Part shown: piece after piece, positions 17,847 to 24,636 of the stretch
Layout: the number at the start of each line of letters is the position of its first letter
How positions within the stretch are numbered: position 1 is the stretch's first letter
Assembly (NCBI GenBank): GCA_048594645.1
Contig: JBMDWR010000167.1
Coordinates: 1-55,658, forward strand
Source of the DNA: Actinomycetota bacterium
Lineage (GTDB): Bacteria; Actinomycetota; UBA4738; HRBIN12
DNA: 55,658 nucleotides
Direction of reading: 5' to 3'
Translations under genes and position numbers: made by a program
The notes under the pieces: model-generated
What the model was told of the DNA's origin: nothing
Seen by the model: the letters and a program-made list of their open reading frames with translations, nothing else
Databases searched by the model: none

Positions 17847-20282
17847 CTACGATCCTGTGGCCGCGTCGGCCTGTTCGATCAGTGCTCGCAGCTGCGCCGG
17901 AGACACGGGAACGTGGTCGATCCGCACGGCGAGCGGCCGCAAGGCGTCCATGATCGCGTTGGCGATGGCCGCCGGCGGCGAGACCGCCCCGCCCTCTCCG
18001 CACCCCTTGATCCCGAACGGGTTCAGCTCGCTCAGGAACACCTGGTGACCCACCTCGATCGGCGGAACCTCGGCCGCCGTCGGCAACAGGTAATCCATGT
18101 ACGTCCCCGTGAGCAGCTGCGCCTCGTCGTCGTACGCGACGTGCTCGTACAGCGCGTTGCCGACGCCGTGGGCCACGCCGCCCTGGATCTGACCCTCGAC
18201 CACGGTGGGGTTCAGCATCTGGCCGCAGTCGTCCACGGTGACGTACCGCAACAGACGGACGAACCCCGTCTCGGCGTCCACCTCGACGCCCACGACGTGC
18301 GTCGCGGAGGCGAACGTCACCGTCGGCGGCACGAAGTAGTACGTGACCTCCAGGCCAGGATCCTGTTCGGGCGGCAGGACGCTGCGGGGGCTCGGCTGCG
18401 CCGCCTTGGCAACCTGCGCCAACGTGAGCGAGCGGTCCGGCGAGCCGCGGGCCACCACCACGCCGTCGACGATGTCCAGGTCGGACCGGTCGGCCTCGAG
18501 CAGCTCGGCCGCGACCGTGAGCACCTTCTCGCGCACCATCCCGGCCGCGACGCCCACGGCCGATCCGGCCGTGACGGCGCTGCGGCTCGCGAACGTTCCG
18601 ATCCCGTGCGCGATCAGCGAGGTGTCGCCGCCGGTCACGGTGACGTCCTCCGGCCGGACGCCCAACTGGTCGGCGCAGATCTGCGAGAGCGTCGTCTCGA
18701 GGCCCTGCCCGTGCGGCTTCGCGCCGGTCGCGACCGAGACGTGACCGCTGGCGTCGACCCGGACGACCGCCCCCTCGTGGGGCCCGTAGCCGGACCCCTC
18801 CACGTAGGACGAGACGCCGACTCCCAGCCGCCGCCCCTGCGCTCTCGCGGCCTCCTGCTCGGCTCGGAACGCCTCGTACCCGAACAACTCGAGCGCCTGA
18901 TCGAGCTGCGCGGGGAAGTCGGCGCTGTCGTAGACGATGTCGACGCCGTCGCGGTACGGCATGCCCATCGCGTACGGCATCTGGTCGGGGCGGATCAGGT
19001 TCCGCCGCCGCACCTCGATCGCATCGAATCCCAGCTCGTGCGCCACGAGGCCGATCACGCGATCCATCACGAACGTGACCTCGGGCCGGCCGGCTCCGCG
19101 CACCGGCGTCACCGGGGCCTTGTTCGTGAGGACCGCGAGGCTCTCGACGCGCAGGTGGTCGATCGCGAACTGCCCGCGCAGGTGCGCGGCGGAGTTGTAG
19201 GAGACCGTGATCGCGTACGGGTTGTACGCGCCGGCGTCCATCAGGAAGCGGTCTCGGAGGGCAAGGATCCGTCCATCGTCGTCGAACGCGACCTCGATGT
19301 CGTGCAGCTGATCGCGAGCGTGACGCGTGTTGGCCAGGTTCTCCCGCCGATCCTCGAGCCAGCGGACGGGACGGCGCAGGTCCCGCGCGAGGAACGGGAT
19401 CAGGACGTCCTCCGGGAACATCCCGGTCCCGAAGCTTCCCCCCATGTCGGGGCCGATCACGTGCACGGCATCCGTCGGCATCCCAAGCATCTCGGAGATG
19501 AACGTGCGGACGAGGTGCGGACGCGCGTTCGCGTCCCAGACCGTCAGCCGGTCGCGACCCTCCTCGTACTGCGCCAGCACGCCACGCGGCTCCATCGCGT
19601 TGCCGGCGATCCGTCCCATCGACAGGCGTGCCTTCAGCGTTCGGGGCGCCTGGGCGAACACGGCGTCGGGGTCACCGGCCTGCACCGTGAAGCTCGTCTG
19701 CACGTTGTCGCCGAGCTCCGGATGGAGCACCGGCGCGTCGGGTGCGATCGCCTGTTGGGGATCTGCGACGACCGGGAGCGGATCGTAGTCGACCTCGATC
19801 AGCTCGAGCGCATCCTCGGCGATGTATCGGTCGATCGCGACCACCGCGGCGACCGGCTGACCGACCCAGGAGACCACGCCCTCGGCCAGCACCGGCATCG
19901 GACACGACTTCAGCGTCGGGCCGACCTTGTCCTTGAGCAGCTGCGAGATCTCGGTCCTCGCCGCCTCGACGAACGGCCCCATCTTGCCCTCGAGGTCGCC
20001 GTGCGTGACCACCGTGACCACGTCGCGGTGCTCGAGGGCACGCGACACGTCCATCGACGTCACCCGCGCGTGCGCGAACGGGCTCCGCAGGATCGCGACG
20101 TGCACCGTCCCCGGCAGCGCGATGTCGCCGACGTGCCGGGCCTTGCCGGTGATCAGCCGGGCGTCTTCCTTCCGCCGCAGGCGTTGACCGACGTAGGTGG
20201 GCGGCTTCACCTCGGGATGTGCGAGGCGGCGTTCCGGCCCGCGCGGGTCGGCTGGGGCGTGCGGGTGGGGGGTAACGCTCAC
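17847..20282 (-). CDS. xanthine dehydrogenase family molybdopterin-binding large subunit
   Basis: GTG 20282 overlaps the small-subunit stop (GTGA). It has YVGQRLRRKEDARLITGKARHVGDIALPG...VHVAILRS, the loop TPVRGAGRPE and the C-terminal FGIKGCGEGGAV with the conserved Glu. Length is 811 aa. Confidence 0.9.
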   Translation of the reverse strand: MSVTPHPHAPADPRGPERRLAHPEVKPPTYVGQRLRRKEDARLITGKARHVGDIALPGTVHVAILRSPFAHARVTSMDVSRALEHRDVVTVVTHGDLEGKMGPFVEAARTEISQLLKDKVGPTLKSCPMPVLAEGVVSWVGQPVAAVVAIDRYIAEDALELIEVDYDPLPVVADPQQAIAPDAPVLHPELGDNVQTSFTVQAGDPDAVFAQAPRTLKARLSMGRIAGNAMEPRGVLAQYEEGRDRLTVWDANARPHLVRTFISEMLGMPTDAVHVIGPDMGGSFGTGMFPEDVLIPFLARDLRRPVRWLEDRRENLANTRHARDQLHDIEVAFDDDGRILALRDRFLMDAGAYNPYAITVSYNSAAHLRGQFAIDHLRVESLAVLTNKAPVTPVRGAGRPEVTFVMDRVIGLVAHELGFDAIEVRRRNLIRPDQMPYAMGMPYRDGVDIVYDSADFPAQLDQALELFGYEAFRAEQEAARAQGRRLGVGVSSYVEGSGYGPHEGAVVRVDASGHVSVATGAKPHGQGLETTLSQICADQLGVRPEDVTVTGGDTSLIAHGIGTFASRSAVTAGSAVGVAAGMVREKVLTVAAELLEADRSDLDIVDGVVVARGSPDRSLTLAQVAKAAQPSPRSVLPPEQDPGLEVTYYFVPPTVTFASATHVVGVEVDAETGFVRLLRYVTVDDCGQMLNPTVVEGQIQGGVAHGVGNALYEHVAYDDEAQLLTGTYMDYLLPTAAEVPPIEVGHQVFLSELNPFGIKGCGEGGAVSPPAAIANAIMDALRPLAVRIDHVPVSPAQLRALIEQADAATGS

Positions 20283-20764
20283 GCGGGCTCCCGCCCGGCC
20301 GCCGCGCGCACCGCCTTGACGATGTTCTGGTAGCCGGTGCAGCGGCACAGGTTGCCTGAGAGCCTCGCCCGGACGGCGTCCTCGTCGTCGACGCCGGGGG
20401 CCCCTTCGGCCAGGTACTCGGTGACCGCGAGCATGAACCCCGGCGTGCAGAAGCCGCATTGCAGCGCGTGGTTGTCGGTGAACGCCTGCTGGACCGGGCT
20501 CAGCGTCCCGTCGGGCTCGGCGAGACCCTCGACCGTGACGAGCTCGTGCCCCTGCGCTTGGACCGCGAACATCAGGCACGAGCGGACCGAACGGCCGTCC
20601 AGCAGGATCGTGCATGCGCCGCAGACGCCGTGCTCGCACCCGAGATGCGTTCCGGTGAGCCCGAGGACGTCGCGCAGGAAGTCCGCGAGCGTCATCCGCG
20701 GCTCGGCCAGACCGGAGCGCTCGGTCCCGTTGACGTTCAGCGTGATCTCGATCTCGCCCGTCAT
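20279..20764 (-). CDS. (2Fe-2S)-binding small subunit of a molybdenum hydroxylase
   Basis: ATG 20764 overlaps the FAD-subunit stop (ATGA). It has the two cluster motifs C-x4-C-x2-C (CEHGVCGAC...C) and CGFCTPG...C-x-C (NLCRCTGY). Confidence 0.92.
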   Translation of the reverse strand: MTGEIEITLNVNGTERSGLAEPRMTLADFLRDVLGLTGTHLGCEHGVCGACTILLDGRSVRSCLMFAVQAQGHELVTVEGLAEPDGTLSPVQQAFTDNHALQCGFCTPGFMLAVTEYLAEGAPGVDDEDAVRARLSGNLCRCTGYQNIVKAVRAAAGREPA

Positions 20765-21639
20765 GCGGCGGCTCCCTGAGCGCGCTCGTACGCCCGTGCC
20801 AGCGTGCGCCTGACGAGCACCTTCGCCACGTGTCTCCGGTAGTCCGAGGATCCGTGGAGGTCGGACATCGGCTCGATCTCTGGCTCGATCGCCTCGGCGG
20901 CGGCGGCGAATGTCTCCTCGCCGGGCGCGGCGCCGGCGAGCACCGCCTCGGCCGCGGTGGACCGCACCGCGGTGTCGCGGACGCCGATCAGCACGACACG
21001 TCCCTGCCCGACGGTACCGGCATCGGTGAGCGACAGGAGCGCCCCCGCGCCCGCGATTGCGAAGTCGCCGTGGCGACGCGCCAGCTCCGTGTACGCGGAC
21101 CCGATCCGGCCCACAGGGAGCCGAAGCCGGACCTGCGTCAGGATCTCGTCGGGACGCAGGGTCGTCGTGAAGTAGGACTCGAACAGCTCGCTCCCGGCGA
21201 TCGTTCGGACGCCCTGGACGCTGCGCGCCTCGACCTCGCCGTCGAGGGCGAGCACGAGCGACGGCCATTCCGCGGCGGAGTCTGCGTGCGCGATGCTGCC
21301 ACCCACGGTTCCGCGGTTCCTGATCGCGACGTGCCCGATCAGCGACACGCCGTCGGCCAGCATCGCGCAACGTTCGCGCATGCCGGGGAACAGCTCGACG
21401 TCGCGATGCCGTGCGAGCGCGCCGATCGTGAGCGTGTCGCCGTCCAGCGCGACCCCGTCGAGACCCGGCACCCGATTCACGTCGACGAGGATCTCGGGCG
21501 CCGCGAGCCGGAAGGCGAGCAGCGGGACGAGGCTCTGACCGCCGGCGATCACCTTGGCGTCATCGCCGCGTTCGCCGAGCAGCCGGACGACCTCATCGAG
21601 GGTCTCCGGCGCGGCGTACTCGAACGGTGCAGGCTTCAT
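20761..21639 (-). CDS. FAD-binding medium subunit of a molybdenum hydroxylase (CoxM/XdhB-like)
   Basis: 292 aa. MKPAPFEYAAPETLDEVVRLL...KVIAGGQSLVPLL and AIRNRGTVGGSIAHAD are typical FAD_binding_5/CO_deh_flav_C motifs. Confidence 0.9.
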   Translation of the reverse strand: MKPAPFEYAAPETLDEVVRLLGERGDDAKVIAGGQSLVPLLAFRLAAPEILVDVNRVPGLDGVALDGDTLTIGALARHRDVELFPGMRERCAMLADGVSLIGHVAIRNRGTVGGSIAHADSAAEWPSLVLALDGEVEARSVQGVRTIAGSELFESYFTTTLRPDEILTQVRLRLPVGRIGSAYTELARRHGDFAIAGAGALLSLTDAGTVGQGRVVLIGVRDTAVRSTAAEAVLAGAAPGEETFAAAAEAIEPEIEPMSDLHGSSDYRRHVAKVLVRRTLARAYERAQGAAA

Positions 21640-21706
21640 GGGACCGGCTGCTCCCCCAAGGTGGAGGCGCGGGCGGAACCTCTCCGGCCGCCCCCGCGCA
21701 CGACCC

Positions 21707-23176
21707 TCAGTCCATCCGCGTCTGTTTCCATAGGTCGCCGAACAGCCCGTCCAGGTCGACGTCGGAGACCCCGGGCGTCGAGATCTCGACCGGGAAGTCC
21801 GCCTTCCGCGTAGCGTCGATGCCCACCTTCGTCACGAGGTGTGACCCGCCGGCCGGATCGTACGAGGCGGGATCGAGGGGCGACCCACGCGCGTGGGGCA
21901 CGACGAAGGCGTCCTGATGGAACCGCACCCGCTGGGCGATCGCGTGCCAGACCGCCGCATCGTTGGTGATGTCGACGTCCTCGTCGACGACCACGACGTA
22001 CTTGAGGAACGGGTCGGCGGCGAACGCCGCCATGGCGGCGTTCTTCGGGTCACCCTCGATCAGCTTCTCCATCTGCACGTAGCAGATGTACCGGCAGCGC
22101 CCGGATGGTGGGACGTAGGCCGCTTTCACGCCTCCGGATGCCAGACGGCAGGCGCGGTAGATCATCGAGTTCCGCGTCACGCCGGACAGCAGGAGGTTGT
22201 CCCAGTGGCCGACGAACGAGCTCTGATAGTGAGCGTTCCTGCGCATCGTGATCGCCTTGACGTAGACGACCGGGTTGTTGCGTTCGGGACCGTACGTGCC
22301 CGGGTACTCGCCGAACGGCGCCTCGCGCTCTCGCTCCGTCGGATGGATCTCGCACTCGAGCACGATCTCCGCCCGGGCCGGAACCTCGACGTCGATCGTC
22401 TCGCACTTCACCATCTCCAGCGGCTCTCCGAGGATCGCGCCGGCCATCGCGAACTCGTCGACGTCGATGCTCGTGAACGAGAGGAACCCGAGCTCCACGG
22501 CCGGATGGAGGCCGATCGCCACCGCCATCTCCGTCGGTCGGCCGTGCTTCAGGTTCTTCTGCATGATGTAGTGCCCGTGCGCCGTCTCGGAGATCTGGAT
22601 CCCGAACTTGTTCCGGCTCTTGGCCTGCAAGCGGTAGATCCCGGCGTTGCGGATGCCGGTGTCGGGGTCCTTCATGATCTCGTAGCCGAGCGTGATGTAC
22701 CTGCCGACCTCGTCCTCGTACCCGGGATCGACGGCGCCGCCGTCGAGCTCGTGGTACTTGAACATCGGGAGCTTGAAGACGTCGACGTCGTCGCCCTTCA
22801 CGATCACCTCTTTGCAGGGTGCGTCGGCGGGCTCGATCATGACGGGTTCGATGCCCTGGTCCTCCCGAGCCATGTACTCGAGGATGAAGTCCCTCGGCGT
22901 CGCGTCGATCGGCAGGCCGATCGCCATGGCCAGTCGCGGGAAGCTCGCGTGGACGTTCGTGACCGCAGGAAGGTCCGACCCTTTCACGTTGTCGAACACG
23001 ACCAGCGGGTATCGCCGCTCGTTCTCCAGGCGCCACAGGATCGCCAGCGGTTCGAAGATCGGGTCCACTTCCTGCTTCACGCGCAGGATCTCGTTCGGGT
23101 AGTACTTCTCGAGGAACCGGATGAAGGACTGCAGGTCCTTCCCGAGCTCCGCCTTCTGCTCAGGCGGCAGTGGCAT
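21707..23176 (-). CDS. ubiD: UbiD family (prFMN-dependent) decarboxylase
   Basis: ATG 23176 (MPLPPEQKAELGKDL...) lies 4 nt after GAGGGGGGA. The track ORF starts at TTG 23194. Family patterns are present: IRNAGIYRLQ, ETAHGHY and REAPFGEYPGTYG. Confidence 0.9.
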   Translation of the reverse strand: MPLPPEQKAELGKDLQSFIRFLEKYYPNEILRVKQEVDPIFEPLAILWRLENERRYPLVVFDNVKGSDLPAVTNVHASFPRLAMAIGLPIDATPRDFILEYMAREDQGIEPVMIEPADAPCKEVIVKGDDVDVFKLPMFKYHELDGGAVDPGYEDEVGRYITLGYEIMKDPDTGIRNAGIYRLQAKSRNKFGIQISETAHGHYIMQKNLKHGRPTEMAVAIGLHPAVELGFLSFTSIDVDEFAMAGAILGEPLEMVKCETIDVEVPARAEIVLECEIHPTEREREAPFGEYPGTYGPERNNPVVYVKAITMRRNAHYQSSFVGHWDNLLLSGVTRNSMIYRACRLASGGVKAAYVPPSGRCRYICYVQMEKLIEGDPKNAAMAAFAADPFLKYVVVVDEDVDITNDAAVWHAIAQRVRFHQDAFVVPHARGSPLDPASYDPAGGSHLVTKVGIDATRKADFPVEISTPGVSDVDLDGLFGDLWKQTRMD

Positions 23177-23221
23177 CTGTCCCCCCTCGTTCAAGGCCCG
23201 TCCGCGCAGCAGCGAGCCGGA

Positions 23222-23243
23222 GATATCTCAACGTCTAGATATC
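23222..23243. promoter_or_regulatory. palindromic operator copy 5 (GATATCT-CAACGTCT-AGATATC) overlapping a candidate promoter of the ubiD operon
   Basis: Perfect 7-bp arms, 46 nt upstream of the ubiD ATG. On the minus strand, TTGCAT (23264-23269), a 17-nt spacer and CATGAT (23241-23246) form a sigma-70-like promoter. Its -10 element overlaps the operator arm. Confidence 0.7.
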
Positions 23244-23286
23244 ATGCACATCGCCTGGGACGCATGCAACCCGCATGGCGGTGGCC

Positions 23287-24519
23287 TCAGTCACCCTCGG
23301 GTTCGAGCAGCCGCACGCCGCGTGCTTCGCGCCGCCGGCCGACTTGGAGCACCTTCCCGACGAGGTCGGCCACGGGGAGGTCCCCGGCCTCCTCCACCCG
23401 CGTCCCGTCCAGCCGGACGCCACCGCCCGCGATCAGGCGTCGCGCCTCCGACGAGGACGAGGCGACACCGAGCGACGTGAGCAGGCGCGGCAGCCATACC
23501 ATCCCCTCGACGACGGCAGCGGCCGGTATGCGCGCCCCGTCGACGTCCCGAGGCACTGTTCGGTCCGCATGCGCTTCGTTGAACCGCTGCTCCGCCTCCG
23601 CACCGGCGCGCTCGCCTCGATACAGGTCGACGAGCTCTCGCGCGAGACGCTTCTTCTCCTCCCATGGGTCGAGCGAGGCCTCGCGCAGGCCGGCCGCGAC
23701 GCGTTCGGCCTCGGCCGGATCGCGGAAGAAGTCGAGCGTCAGCAACCGGTACTCGGCGATCGCCTCGTCCGGGATCCGTGTGAGCTTGCCGAACATGTCG
23801 TCCGGATCGTCGGTGATCCCGACGTAGTTGCCGAGCGACTGGCTCATCTTCTGCACGCCGTCGGTACCCACGAGGAGCGGCATCGTGAGGGCGACCTGGG
23901 GGTCCTGGCCGTACTCGCGCTGCAGGTCCCGCCCCACCAGGAGGTTGAACGTCTGGTCCCGGCCGCCGAGCTCGACGTCCGCCTCGACGGCGACGGAGTC
24001 CATGCCCTGGAGCAGCGGATAGAGGAACTCCAAGATCGAGATCGGCTTGCCCTGCGCGTACCTCTTGGCGAAGTCGTCGCGCTCGAGCATGCGGGCCACC
24101 GTGTACGAGGCGGTCAGCCGAAGGATCTCCTCCATGCCCAACGGCTCCAGCCATTCGGCGTTGAACCGGACCTCGGTGAGATCGCGGTCGAGCACGATCC
24201 AGAACTGGTCGAGCAGCCGGTCGGCGTAGCCGCGCACCTCCTCCTTCGACAGGCGTGGGCGCGCGTCGGTCCGGCCGGACGGGTCGCCCACCCTGGCGGT
24301 GAAGTCGCCGACGATCAGCACCGGGACGTGCCCCGCGTCCTGGAACTGCCTGAGCTTGCGAAGCACGACCGCCCACCCGAGCGTGACCTCGGGGGCGGTC
24401 GGGTCGAGCCCGAGCTTCACCCGAAGCTGCCGGCCGAGCTCGAGCTTGCTCCGGAGGCCCTCGGCGGGCACGACCTCGGCCCGCCCGGCGAGCAGCATCG
24501 GCAGGTCGTCGGGACCCAT
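23287..24519 (-). CDS. tyrS: tyrosine--tRNA ligase homolog (Thermus-type, with C-terminal S4-like domain), non-canonical signature motifs
   Basis: 410 aa, collinear with bacterial TyrRS (LGLDPTAPE..., LIVGDFTARVGDPSGR, YPLLQGMDSVA...ELGG.DQ.FNLL, C-terminal S4-like ...ARRLIAGGGVRLDG). TLGW stands at the HIGH position (24373-24384) and KMSQS at the KMSKS position (23836-23850). Confidence 0.85.
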   Translation of the reverse strand: MGPDDLPMLLAGRAEVVPAEGLRSKLELGRQLRVKLGLDPTAPEVTLGWAVVLRKLRQFQDAGHVPVLIVGDFTARVGDPSGRTDARPRLSKEEVRGYADRLLDQFWIVLDRDLTEVRFNAEWLEPLGMEEILRLTASYTVARMLERDDFAKRYAQGKPISILEFLYPLLQGMDSVAVEADVELGGRDQTFNLLVGRDLQREYGQDPQVALTMPLLVGTDGVQKMSQSLGNYVGITDDPDDMFGKLTRIPDEAIAEYRLLTLDFFRDPAEAERVAAGLREASLDPWEEKKRLARELVDLYRGERAGAEAEQRFNEAHADRTVPRDVDGARIPAAAVVEGMVWLPRLLTSLGVASSSSEARRLIAGGGVRLDGTRVEEAGDLPVADLVGKVLQVGRRREARGVRLLEPEGD

Positions 24520-24636
24520 CGCCGCGAAGGCTAGCAGCGGGAACCTCAGCGGTTCGGGGACGCTTGGGGTCCAACGCTCCGGACGGCGACCCGGGCATCA
24601 CCTGGAACGCCGCGATCGTGCGAAGATCGCCTCATC

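Noticed and set aside
1-23243. Possibility that the accessory region is a mobile genomic island.
   Set aside because: No integrase, transposase, tRNA attachment site, flanking direct repeats or obvious compositional break were seen within the window. The left boundary lies outside the window, so mobility cannot be assessed.
24520-24636. Divergent region between tyrS and the PBP gene, checked for a T-box leader or another conserved riboregulator upstream of tyrS.
   Set aside because: At 117 nt it is too short for a T-box. No specifier-loop or T-box consensus (AANNNGGGTGGTACCGCG-like) sequence is visible. Only a short GCGATC...GATCGC inverted repeat near the PBP start was seen.
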